A stretch of DNA of 64,000 nt from Oculina patagonica (lineage: Eukaryota): the NCBI RefSeq assembly GCF_052425735.1, contig NC_135760.1, forward strand, positions 2,666,001-2,730,000, given 5' to 3'. Both the position numbers and the translations under genes were made by a program. Shown here in pieces: positions 10,811 through 23,616 of this stretch (positions within the stretch are counted from its first letter, which is position 1; each line of letters starts with the position of its first letter). The notes under the pieces were generated by a model. It saw nothing but the letters and a program-made list of their open reading frames with translations. It searched no databases and was not told the origin of the DNA.

Positions 10811-13800
10811 TCAGTATCCAGCAGCCCAGCCACTCTTCCTTGGGTCAGATTTGCCTGTCAATGTTCCATCCTCGTTTCTAGCCACAGCCTGTACAGCTGC
10901 GTAACCACCTTTTCTAATCTCGTGCCCAAGCCTCTGCAGTCCTTCTTGGATGGCGAGGGGCAGTGGGTTATCTCTTTCGGTAGTGACATACATAGGAACT
11001 AACTGATGGTGGAGCCTGGGTTCCACTACGGCTTGCGGCAGAGTTCGGTTGAACCACAGGTAATTCATCATGACCTACAAAAACAGAACACTATTTAGGG
11101 CATGTAAACTATGGGTGTGTGTTTTTTTACGCCGCAGAGGTATCCGATCTTCTTAATACACCTTTTTCCAAAATGGCCGAAGAAACCTGTATTCTTTTGT
11201 CTCCATGTTTATTGACCTTCATGGCCTCGTTTTAATCCAAAAGTTCTTTTGACTACTGCAGATGCGATCCGCCATATTGGAAGAAGGTGTATGCTAGGAC
11301 AGTCTTTCTTGCAAGCAACTTGTTGAGCTTTAAATCATCGATTCATTAATTTTGTTCACCCTACCTTATGTTTCTCCCTTAAACAATCTAAACAGACGTT
11401 AGCTTGCCGGCAGCCAATCAGACGCAAGAGTCAACCGTGACCCAGCTAACGTGACTTTTTCCCGCGCTTTTCACTGACTGCCTACCTTCACTAAACTAAA
11501 ATCGCACCGCACTGTACAACTTGACTTAAATAGCAACGAAATTGTGTACCTACTGCATAATTTTCACATGCAGCGAAGAATATTCTTAAATAATCTAAAT
11601 AAAACTCTTTTCCTGCATGCCTCTTCGAAAACCATTTTCCTAGCCGCGTGAATATACCGAAGCCATGATTTAGTAAGTCACCTTACAAGATAAGCGTGAA
11701 TGCAAAACACTGCCTTAGTGTCGAAGCTGTATGGCAGCTTACCAAAGAAATGGCGGTGGTTATTTTCGTTCCACCAGACGCTCCGATAACCAAGCGGGCC
11801 ACTCCATCCTTGTCCAAAAATAGCGACGGCGCGGTCGAAGAGTGGGGCCGTTTTCCAGGCTGAATCATGTTTGACTCGGAAGGTTCCACTCCGTAAGCGT
11901 TCTTTACACCGGGAGTCGAAAAGTCGTCCATTTCATTGTTGTAGATAATGCCCGTGCGATTAGATCGATATCCCGAACCAAAGCTGAAAGAAATGTGTAA
12001 AATGCATATTAGATGAAATAAAATAGTAAGTGCATTTCAAGTTAATGAATACTGTGCTAAAAACAAGGCCAAAACTAGAAAATACTTACTAGAGATTAAT
12101 TGTTGTTGTTACAGAGACAGCGTCACCATTTTCCGCGATAATAGACAAGTGCGATGTTCCTTGTTGGCTCGAGTTGTGATAGAAGTCGCCGTAATGCCGG
12201 TAATCTGTAAATGTTTGGTTGTCCCAAATCTTCTGGCGTATGGATTCGGCAAACTCGGCGTTAGTCATGTTCTTTACAATCTACGAAAAACATGTTTACA
12301 GTTTTGTTTGTTGCGCATTTCATTAGCGAATCCAAGGAGATTAAAATTTTTCCTCTTTTTCCCAATCGGAGTCTTCTTGCTGGTAAGGAGGAGCTCGTCA
12401 TCACTATTTAGGGAGAGGGTACAAAGTGCTCACGCAGTTTTCAAACTATCTTACTTAATTACGGTCAAACTTCGCAGCTTTTCGCAAAAATAATCGGGGA
12501 ACATTAGCTAACATTATGTCAATCCTTTGGTCACGTGAGCTTCCGTTTCTATGGCAACCTTTTCAGTTTATTAAGCTTAAGTTTTAGTACAATTTTGATT
12601 CTTGTGACCATTTTAATCCAAAATCTTTGTAATTTTTGCTTCCTTATATTTTTTCTATTCTTCAAATCAATTTTAAAGATTTTTTAGACATTTTAAAAAA
12701 GTTTGAAATCCAAGGTGGCGGCTCCAAGATAGCGAACTTGTAAAATGTGTGACGTAATTTTGGCGTGATTCAACGTCATTATTGACATATGAATCCTCTA
12801 AAATAATTGTATAGATGTTTTATACACTTTTAGAGATGCATGGGGCACTTTGTGTCCACCCCTCTCCCCATCTCCCTCACCCCAGGTTCACGACGGAAAA
12901 AGAAGCCCAGGCTAAGTAGGGTTGAGATCTAGGATTCCCTTAGTAAAAAGACATTCAGAAGAAAGCAGATTACCTCAGTAACGTTAGCAAAGTCCTGATC
13001 TCCCAGTAACGCTCTGTAAGCGTAAGCAAACTTGAAAGCCTCTACAATCCTGTGGTATGTCAAAACTGAGTTGTCTGCTCCTTGCCGGTCAGAAGAAGTC
13101 ATGTTATATCCTTGGAAAGAACGTAGGCGTTGAGACACTGAAATAACTCGGTCCTAGCCGCACTAAAAACTGTAATCTGAGTAATGGGTTGTATGACACA
13201 CATATTGGCTAGAGCTTGATAAGATATGACGCGCGCTGTTATTGACTAATAGTCGGGGCCGGATTTTCCCGTAACACCCAAAGGGATTTATGAGAAGTAT
13301 AAAATGCCTGGCTGGCTGGTAAAATGCGGGTAACGGCGCGGCAAAGATAGCCTTGGCATATAATAAACTCTGTATTAACTCTCACAAGCTTGGAATCGTA
13401 CTGGGAGTATACTGCTTTCGGTCAGCTTCTTATACTGACCTCGCGTCACTCGGTCCGTACCAGAAAATTCCTGTGCGATATTCTCCCAGTACCGCCCTCG
13501 CGCTCGTTTACAATTGGGGTGTTAAAAATATCATTGTACTTCTTGCAAAACTAAAAACCGCAAGAGACCCCTAACGATAATGCTGCTAACATAGGATCTA
13601 CAAGAGATCTAAAAAGCCGAAAAAATGTAATCACCTGACAAACAAGCAGACTTTTTTCTCGATGCACCGATGATGACGTTAATGATGACGACAACGATGA
13701 GGATTAGGCCCGGGGGGGAGGGGGTGACTCGCATATGAAAGTGACGGGGATGCTCGTCGTCTCGCTTAGGGGTGTAAATTTCGGTTTTTTTGGTCTCGCT

Positions 13801-16800
13801 TAGGGTGTTACGGACAAAACGTCAATATATTTAGCCATAATGGTCTCGTTTAGGGTTACGCACAAAGAAATATACCAATTTAAATTCTATTATTAGTTTT
13901 TCGGTATCTTTTAGGGGTCAACAAAAGGTTGAGCCACACCCAGATTGGTCTCTTTTAGGGGTTCTTTTCAAAATTTCCGACGAGCATCCCCGTCCGTTTC
14001 ATATTAGAGTCCCCCCCGGGGCATTAGGCCAAGATGATGATGATGATGCAACTTAGTCATGTTAGCTGCTGTTCATCTGTACAGTTTATTCTTCCTCGTT
14101 ACATCTAAGCTTGTCTACAGGGTTTTCCCTTTCATCTAGCGTCGTGCTCAGTAATTCATGATCACGACCCAGCACTGAAACTTAAATAATGCAGGACTGG
14201 TAGATAACAGCTTACCTTTTAAAATATTGATGATAAAACTCAGCACCGCCCCACTCCCTGGGGGAGGAGTAGAGTACCATGAGTAGTTCCCAACAGTTCC
14301 ATTCATTGGTCTCCTGAATTTGACTTTGTAGTTCTTCAAATCGTCCAAGGTGAAAATGCCGCCGCCATCTTTAATATCTTGTACAACATCTTTAGCTAGT
14401 TCTCCGTTATAAAAGTCTTCAGGATCATCACGGATTCGTTCCAAGGTTCTGGCAAACTTAGGCATGTACAGAATTTCTCCTAGCTTCTTTAATTCACCGT
14501 CCTTGTTGAATAGAAGTTCCCTTTGAGAGAAACAATTTCAACTAAGTCAGTACTGAAAACAAAGTTTAAACAATAATTTTTTAATGCGGGTTTCTATGTT
14601 ACATTACAGTGCCCGGTTCTCTGTTATCATTAGCTTGCGGTTACTAAAACAAAGACCTTATTCAGGCACTGGGGTAGATCCCGCAGGATTTGAAAATGGG
14701 GGAGAGGGGACGGCAGTGACGATTGTAGAGTCTTCGCAAGACTATAAAGTGAACTTACATTCACTCGCAGCGGTTGTCGTGGGGGACGTCCGGGGACGTG
14801 GGAACTGTATGTAACGTCTTAGCATTTTGTAGGACTTCTACTAGTGTGATCTAGCTTGTTCCAGGCGTTCGGTTAGTTGGTGAGAAGTGCAAAGAACAGC
14901 GAGTATCAATAAAACCAAAGACGAGGGTTAATCAGACGGGACACCCCAAACCCGTCGTCATTTTCCACTCTTCGTTCTTCGCGCTAATCTCCCCCCCCCC
15001 CCCCCCCACCCGTTCCCCATCTAACCGAACACCTGAGACAGACTACAGTTGATTCTCGACAACTTAACACTTGAAAGGCCGAGTTATCGGGATTCGGCTG
15101 CAATTGCGACTACTGCGTTTATCGGTTACTCAATTTTTTGGTTAGGACTAGCTTGAAAAACTGGGGTATAATGCTTTAGTTTTAAGTCTATATGTTCGCT
15201 TATTTATTGGACAATAATTTCGGAAAAACGAAACCATCGCGTGTGGAGGTGTAATGCCCAAATGGTAAGGGCGTCATCTCAAGTGCCGGGCAGACTCATA
15301 ACTCTCACAGGGCCGCTCTAGATCTTTAACGGGGATTTTTAGAGATTTTCAGTCTGGCAATGTATGCATTTATCTTTATTCACCTCACCTATGTCCAGGA
15401 TCATCTTTGAAACGCGGTGAAAAACGTGTTAGAATTGTCGCTGCGTTGTACGCGGCGTAACCGAACGGAAATCCGTTTCTCGCCATGTCAATGGAGGGTT
15501 GTACCAGATCCACCCAGTGTAGTTTACCGTACTTCTTCCAGGCTTCGTAAAGTCCTTTGACCTCACCAGGCACGCCAGCGGCTGTTGCACCTATTTACCA
15601 ACGAAAACACGACACCCCATAAGCGGCTCGCTGACATTCACGATGTTCGACGTGTGCGGAGCATTGAGCTCACTAAAGGGATATTGCATAAAAAAAAAAG
15701 ACTCGAAAGACTAATGACTTAAAAGCTAAAAGAAATTATGGAATGCGACAAAAGACATATTTAGATCAGTGTTGAGATGTATTACACATGCACGAGCTTT
15801 TAATCTCAAATTGAAAAGGTCGGATAGACCTTTGCAAATTTTGCACTTGCTTCCTGTATTGGAAAAATCGCTAAAAATTCATTGCAATTTGCTCCGGCAT
15901 CAACAACTCATTTTAAAATTTCTACCTTGGAGTTCAAATTGCTCTTCTGACCTGAAAAAAGGTCATGATTTTCGTACCATTATGACATTTTTTCATGAAT
16001 TAAGAAGTTTGAAGTTCATTCACATTAAAGCTGTATTATACGGCTTAATAATTCTGCGAGTCAGTTATTTTTTTGAGGCGGGGGGGGGGGGGGGGAGGGA
16101 GCATAAACTGAAGACGAGGGGAAATGTTACTACTGTTCTGTCGCATGTTGTGGCTAGGAGTATTGCTACTCCTGCTGGACTGGATGCTAGCCTATCGCAG
16201 TGTTACCCTCAACATTCTGTTAGGTTGCCACCACAATTTCGCTGGTACCCATTTATAAAGTGGAGAGAGACGCTGTGAGGATAAAGCGTCTTGTCCAAGA
16301 ACACAACGCAATGACCGTGGCCAGGGCTCGAACCCAGACCACTCGATCTGGAGTCCAGCGCACTAATCATTAGATCACCGCGCCTCTCAAATAGTAAGAA
16401 TTATCATTGGGCCCCTGAAACTATCAAAAATGGTAAAAGTTGCTTCGCACTAAATAGCAGACACAGCCATTTCAAAAAGAGTTGAAGAGTTGGTTGACGC
16501 AAATAGAATTAACATTAGCGAGCATACTCCTGTTACTTTAAAGAAGAGGCTTGTCAACTGAAAAGCCGCATTTAGTTGACTCGCGGTAGATGAGTTTTAA
16601 ACTTAACTAAAAGTGAGGATCTAAAGTACAGAATGTTGCTATATTACCTCGTGTGGAGCTCATTGCACCTCCGACATACATCGTTTTATTGGCTTTTCCC
16701 GGGGCTTCTTCACGGAAATCAATCACCTCTACGAATCTCGTACTCTTCTTGTACACAACCATAAACCCACCGCCGCCGACTCCAGCAGAATGCATGTTGT

Positions 16801-18074
16801 AAACCCCAATACAGAACAAGGCCGCGATCGCCGAATCCATGGCGGAACCTCCTTGCTTTAGAATTTCCCGGCCTATCTCCGAGCAGGGACCAGCATCCGA
16901 TGCGACCACGGCGTGTTTGTAGGGGCCATCCGCCCCCGGGGGTCCGGTCGGTGGGGGTAGTAAGGGTTTCGGAGTTGGTGTCACACTTGGGCGGGACTTG
17001 GTAACAGGCTTGTCCGGTTTCGACTGCTTTTCTCTCGTGAAGACAATGGCGAGCGTAATAACGATTGCCAGTACGATAACAGCGACTACAACACCAGCAA
17101 TGATGAGTCTTCGTTTATTTGATCTATATGGAGAAAGAAGGCATACAAGTATTCTTATCGTATAAACACCCTACAAGAAAAAATAAACGTTAACGTTCGT
17201 TCGTTTTGTCCAAAATGAAACGTGTGCACCCATCAGTGCAGTTGGCGGTGCTCCCATACGATGGCAAAATGGATAGCCACTGAAAACTGGAAAAAGGACC
17301 GCGCCTCAAGAAGAATGGGAAACGAAAATACATCCTTCTCGTTGATGACAAATTCGTCGTTCCTACTTCTCGTGCGGCCATTTTCCCTCTCGCTTTATCT
17401 TTGCTTTATGCTTGTAGAACTAAGGAAAATACAGACTGCCCGTAATCTATTCCTCTCCTTGCGGCTTTTCCACTCTTTTTCGCGTTTTTGCTGCTATTAT
17501 TTGGCCTTTTTGAGAGTAAACAGCCCCCCCCCCCCCCCCAGGGACCTCACGAAGGTTTTTATATGTTAATGGTGCAAATAACTTCATTGTTATTAGTATT
17601 GTTATTGGTTTTATGTGAATAATTTTATACGGATCGTGACCATTGCCGAGACCGTACAGCTCCGGACAACTCCATAATTAATTTTTTATAGCGATTAGCG
17701 ATTTAAATTTTTAACAGGTATCAGGATCCTTCAGTCCCTTTGCTCGATTGTCAAAGGTGAACTAGATATTTACTATTCTATTTGATTTCACAATGAGTTT
17801 TCAATGACAAACGTGACTACTGACCCATGATGCAAATACAGTCAACCCCTGACTGTTTACAGATCACTCTTAACCAATATAAACGCCGTTTATTTATTGC
17901 GCCCTTAGTGGAAACCTCTCTTAGGCGCACTCCTACTCGGCGTGACCCAAAAACCACAGTATACGCTTACAATAAATTCGGATCTCACCGTTTTTGTGCC
18001 TCCGTGTCTTTCGTGCCTGCCTCGACATTAACTGGCTTGTACAAAACCTCAATTGCCGTCGCCTTACTGCTCAT
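10811..18074 (-). CDS. ggt: Gamma-glutamyltranspeptidase / glutathione hydrolase paralog 2, complete 8-exon model, 633 aa
   Basis: Exons 18074-17989, 17123-16648, 15590-15389, 14520-14216, 13110-12974, 12280-12090, 11983-11743, 11074-10811; 1902 nt in frame, all GT-AG. Motifs: TM anchor, [14 protein letters not shown] (nucleophile Thr), [38 protein letters not shown]. Confidence 0.93.
11157..11292. mobile_element. Small MITE, GGT2 intron 7
   Basis: ATACACCTTTTTCCAAAATGGC ... GCCATATTGGAAGAAGGTGTAT imperfect TIRs. Confidence 0.55.
13709..14020. mobile_element. MITE of the CCCGGGGG family, GGT2 intron 4
   Basis: CCCGGGGGGG..GACTCGCATATGAAAGTGACGGGGATGCTCGTCG ... CGACGAGCATCCCCGTCCGTTTCATATTAGAGTCCCCCCCGGG. 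Close copy at 24195-24493 and a diverged copy near 38956-39315. ATTAGG occurs on both flanks. Confidence 0.75.
14852..15045. mobile_element. MITE with TAG...CTA termini, GGT2 intron 3
   Basis: TAGCTTGTTCCAGGCGTTCGGTTAG ... CTAACCGAACACCTGAGACAGACTA. Confidence 0.55.
16160..16387 (-). mobile_element. tRNA-derived SINE, second diverged copy, GGT2 intron 2
   Basis: Minus strand AGAGGCGCGGTGATCTAATGATTAGTGCGCTGGACTCCAGATCGAGTGGTCTGGGTTCGAGCCCTGG with the same central domain as 5138-5437. Confidence 0.75.
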
Positions 18075-18897
18075 TTTGTCGCTCGTATGCAGCGCTAATT
18101 AAAACTGAAATGAAAAATTGACTTTGATACTGCGTAATAACCTTGACAGCATGCAGTATTTAGTTCTTTGACAGGGCCACAAAGATCTCTTCTTGTTTTA
18201 CTGCTCTGCACTAACCCTCAACTGTGTGCTTAACTATGCACACAGTAACAAAACGCATTGTCATTACAAGTCGTCGTTATGCAAATAAAGTGTTACACGC
18301 TTGGATTACTCTATTAAAGGTTCGGCAGAGAGACATACGGTATACAATAACACTTAGCTAAATCCAAAATTCAATACTTTAAAACGGATTGCAATTAAAC
18401 TTTTGCCACACAAGTTCTCATTCTTCTTGACGCTTGGGTCCTCACAAACTGTTTTTACTGGCTTTAAATTAATTATACCATCGCGCTTATCAGAACATGA
18501 TTAAAGTCTTATTACCATGAGTACTTACGCCTAATAAGCGCGGAAAACCGGTAACAGTCACGTGACCAGTTCCTAGCGCCATGTTTGTGGTGTTTTTCTC
18601 GAGTTATTGACGACAAAAGGTAGACTTTCATCCAAGTCTTTTACCTCAGTGTTTCTCTTCCGACATTCTACTTAATTGTACGTATGAATGCTGCAGCTTT
18701 TAGCTCTTAATTAATTGAAGGCAATTATACGAACGAAAATTGTTCTTTTTTGCCATTGTTGAAGCACGAATGCTACACAATAATGTTATTCGATAAGGGG
18801 TGCCAGCACAAATTCCGCAGAGTAAACTTCTTAATGGGACAAACTACTCTTAACTGCTGATGACAAACGGTAAATCTCAGGACCTCTCAGCAATTAG

Positions 18898-19065
18898 TAG
18901 CCTGCGTAGCTGGCGGTATTTTTGGGTTTTTAAGTGCCCAACAGCAAGCGGCGAAGCCGCGACAACGAGCGGCGCAGCCGCGAGTGGCCGCCGCTCGTTG
19001 TCGCGGCTTCGCCGCTTATTGTTAGGCACTTAAAAACCCAACAATACCGCCAGCTACGCAGGCTA
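18898..19065. mobile_element. Near-perfect 168-bp foldback MITE, TAG...CTA termini, exact 9-bp TSD
   Basis: TAGCCTGCGTAGCTGGCGGTATT ... AATACCGCCAGCTACGCAGGCTA, with AGCAATTAG at 18889-18897 and 19066-19074. Confidence 0.9.
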
Positions 19066-20220
19066 AGCAATTAGCACACAAAAAACCTGGATCCAGAGGT
19101 ATCTAAAGGTGGATTTCCACTGACGTGTAATTTTGTACGTGCGTGTTTTAGTAAGCCCGCAAGCCGTGCATACATTATCTCTAAATTTTTTCACGCACGT
19201 AAAAAAATTCGCATAAGGGACAGACCACTGGATTTTTGAGGGGGGGGGGGGGGGGGGGAGGGTGGGCAATAATTCTAAGCCGCAAGAATTTTTTTCAACA
19301 TTAGGTTGTACAGGGTGTTTTTGGGCTTGTTCGATAGGTTTGTTTTTTCGTGGTTTGCTAATTTGCGTATTTTCTTCCTGTGAAGGATCGCAACCCCAGT
19401 CAAAAATACAATGGTCCATCCCTATTGAATTGAAAACATCTGCTTTTACAATGTGGTTCACAATATCGATTGTTGAACTCAACCTGCAAGAAAGAGAAAT
19501 ATTTGTGTTCAGAAGGAAGTTCAACGCTCTGTCCCTTATAATTAGTCACTGTAACCGTAGCTGATTTATTCATTTATTTATATTGTAAGGATAAATAACC
19601 AATTACATCAGAACATAACAAGCTAGGACCATTTCTTCAACTTGGACCAGTGTGTCCTATAGAGTCATATAACCATTATAATATTAAACTATATCATTCT
19701 TTATTGGCCTCTATCTCGGTTATAACGATTTCCTTATACTGTTATTTTAGCCTCTATTTCTATTCTCATTGGTTGAGTGCATTGAGCTAATTCACCCTGA
19801 CATCGAATTTTGATGTCATATCTACAGACAATAGGTTTATACATGCAGAACGGATGTCTTATTCCTACAGATAATAGAATACAGATACTGAGCACCGTGC
19901 GGAATCGTGCAAACGCTGCCTTCTCCCGCCTGGCTAGTTTGACGTGCTAATCAGTAAGAGACAGCGTTCGAAGCGATGACTGAATCATCTAGATTAGCCA
20001 CAGTAACAGGAAAAAAAGCTATTTGAAAAAACTACTAGATAAGGACACGAAAAACACAAACATTCCGTACATCATTTTTGTCAGTTTTTGTTAAAACGTT
20101 TCCAAGTGTATCTTTGACATCAAAGTAGTTTACAAACGGTCTTCAATTGGGTTTTCTTGTGTCTCCATAAAAAAATAGTGTGCTTTTCAGCATTTCGCTG
20201 GGCACTTACAATGGCTAATA

Positions 20221-20374
20221 AAACAATTATTGGTTTCCGAAAACCGGGTTTTCGCATGATAGCGAAAGGCCTCAGTTTGTGTCATCCACCTCAGCCTTCG
20301 GCTTCGGCAGATAACGCAAACCTCGGCCTTGAGAATTCTTGCTATCATGCTCAACCTCATCCAATAATTGTTAA
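20221..20374. repeat. Hairpin element (AACAATTATTGG...CCAATAATTGTT)
   Basis: Imperfect palindrome centred on CCTCAGCCTTCGGCTTCGG; one of several similar hairpins in the window. Confidence 0.6.
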
Positions 20375-20972
20375 ACATACAGCTATTTCAGCTAACGTTG
20401 TCCGGATCAAAGCTTAAAGACAAGACTGAAAGGCAGTATGGGTAGAAGAAGAGAGTAACTGCACGTGCTAAATACTAAATTATATAGTTAGACGACTAAC
20501 GCAAATTTTCACGTTTTCTTTTTCTTCAAACATGTGTAACAAGGTGCTTTTAGCCACACTGAATTAAAGAAGAATTTTCAAAAACTCAGAGCCAAGCGAC
20601 AGTGAAAGTAAAGCTACAGAAAGGCTTCCTGAAACGAAGAAACAAACTCGTGAATTCTTCACGTGCGAAATACAAATTTGTGTATTTAATGCAGGTGAAG
20701 CTTATATGTAAATTTGCAGTGAATACCCAAAACGCCATTCGGTCTTGCCTTTAAGGTTTTAGCTTTGACCCGACAACGCTTATTGAAATAGCTGTATTTC
20801 CTTATACTAATATCTACTTATGGATATAGCTAACTTAGGGTTTGTTTATAAAACATTGTACCTGGAAGTAGGGTTACTCTTCATACCGAAACAAACTAGC
20901 CCATCCCAGGAAACATAAGAAACCTACACCATCACTAATATATACAGTCACGTGACAGAATTCAAATGCTTA

Positions 20973-23585
20973 TCAGTATCCAGCAGCCCAGCCACTCTTC
21001 CTGGGGTCGGATTTGCCTGTCAATGTTCCATCCTCGTTTCTGGCCACAGCCTGCACCACTGCGTAACCACTGATGTTTCTAACCTCGTGCCCAAGGTTCT
21101 GCAGTCCTTCTTGGATGGCGAGGGGCATCTGGTAATCTTTGTCGATACGAATATACATCGGTTTTAACTGATGGTGAAGCCTGGGCTCGACTACTGCTTG
21201 TGACAGGGTTCGGTTGAACCACAGGTAATTCATCATAACCTGGAAAAATTAAAAGTTAAAAGCAGCAAGAAAGCGGTCGGTATGTAGGTGGACATTTCCT
21301 CTCTAGTACCTGCTAAACCTGTTTTACCCTACCCCTATAGAGCACTTAATTCAACAATCAAATCTTTAATCAGTTCACACAGTTTGTTGAAAATAAACTC
21401 TTCAACATCAGTACAGTCTTGATCTAAATTTTATTCGAAATCTCGATCTACGTTAAACTGAAAATTGCAGGGCTGTCCGTTTCGTTTTACGTGATGTTGA
21501 TGCACCAACAAAGGCTGAAATTTCCGCAGCTCTCAAAGAGACGGGGTAAAAATAAGCATCGAGAGAGAGAAAAGTCCCCATTCTAAACTAAACCTTCCAA
21601 CTCTACTCCTAAAGACCACTCCTTCAACCACCCTACATAGGGCTTGAAATAAGGCGGAGAGCTAGACAAGTTCGAATGTACCATTCACTAATTAACAGTT
21701 ATTCCACGAGCGCGCGTTGGATATGAAATGGTAGATTGCCAACAAGGCGCGTAGTACAAAGTTGGCTATAACGATCTCATATTCAACAAGCGCGAGTGGA
21801 ATAATTGTTTTATTAAAAACGCCCAAAGAATTGCAATATTCGAGCTCCCCATATTTGTGGTGAATGGTATATGAGCTCATATACCATCGCCTGTTAACCA
21901 ATCAAACTCAGGAATTGCAATATACCATTGCTAGTTTTTTTATAATTATTAATAGACTGCAAGTAACTCGAGTTTCTGATAACTCATTCGCTCTCTTTAT
22001 ATTATATCCAGTGTCGCGTCTAAGGCTAGATTTCCACTGACGCGTAAATTTTTACGTGCGTGAAACAATTAGAAACAGTGTATGAACGACCTGCGTGCAC
22101 GTTTACGCATGTCGTTCATACATTGTCTCTAAATTTTTTCACGCACGTAAACGCACGTAAAAATTTACGCGTCAGTGGAAATCCACCTTAAGAGCTTTAT
22201 TTTCGTCTTAAGCCGTTAAAGACAAAAAAAAAAGAATCGTCTTTGTCGATTCGTATTTCAGACAGCAACGGGCAAACCAAAACCTCAACAAAACATTCAA
22301 GCCGAGGGTTAAAATGTTATGCCAAGTGTAAAATGGGATAACAGTCGATTTCCTTTAAATTCTTTAAATTTACTTATCCCCTACCTGCCTTGCACTATAT
22401 GTTAAATTTGTTGAGGCAACCAAGAGGATTGCCTGAAATCTCGAAATAAAAGAAAATTGCTTAAACGTATCAAAATTGCAGTGTTTGATAAGAATTCACG
22501 TTCAATAACAAAAAAATGTCTTACCAAAGAAATGGCGGTGGTTATTTTTGTTCCACCAGACGCTCCGATAACCAACCGGGCCACCCCATCCTTGTCCAAA
22601 AATAGCGACGGCGCGGTGGAAGACTGGGGCCGTTTTCCAGGCTGAATCATGTTCGACTCAGAAGGTTCAACTCCGTAAGCGTTCTTTACACCGGGAGTCG
22701 AAAAGTCGTCCATTTCATTGTTGTAGATAATACCCGTGCGAGTAGAACGGTACCTTGATCCAAAGCTAAAAGATATTTTTATCACAGTCAAAAGATAAAG
22801 TAGAGCTGTTTTGGGGAAACCCTCGTACCCGGAGAATCCCACTTATGTCCAGAATTAAACGCAAGTATTGTTTAATCGGTACTTCATGTTTGACTGTGTT
22901 ATTTGACATTTCAATATTACTTCATATTTGACAGATTTTGGTGTGTTTTGGTGAACTTTTATTATTGAGGACACTTTGTGATGCCTGTCATGAAGAACGT
23001 GCATCTCATTAGCTTTCAATCCTGGACATATCTGGAGAATCTACGATTATCATCGACGAATCACGAGACAACTCGAGTAATGCCGACAGTTGTCACGTCA
23101 GCTTGTTGCCATGAGGATATGCATATACGTCATGTGACCGACACACGAAAACGGAAAATATAAAATCTAGATTATGTAATACTGTTACTGCTGATGAAGG
23201 CAGCACTGCTGAAATGTTTAGTTTTACAATGAGCTTTACAGCGTTGAACCTTATCTGATAGTATCCAATGTGTTCATTCTAACGAAAACGGAACCCATAG
23301 TCCATTTTGCAGATACAGTCGCCATGTTGATTCTGCCCCCAGGGCATCCTATAATATTTATTAGTAGAAACTCAGCTGTGTTCTATTGGAAATCCGCGAA
23401 TCTGATTGGTTCTCCCACTGTTTTCTATTCGCCGATAGAAAACAGTCGCGCGCGCGTAGCTCTTTAAGCGGTAAATTTTCTTGATTTTTGTATTCAAAGT
23501 GCACAATATTGTAGGTTTTGGACTGCAATCCTTTAGAGTTTCTACTAAAACAATTAGACTACTCGTCCTCGTTTTCTATGAGCGA

Positions 23586-23616
<31 letters not shown>

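Noticed and set aside
16107-16130. CTGAAGA...GAAATG as another hammerhead
   Set aside because: No stem II can form between the two boxes.
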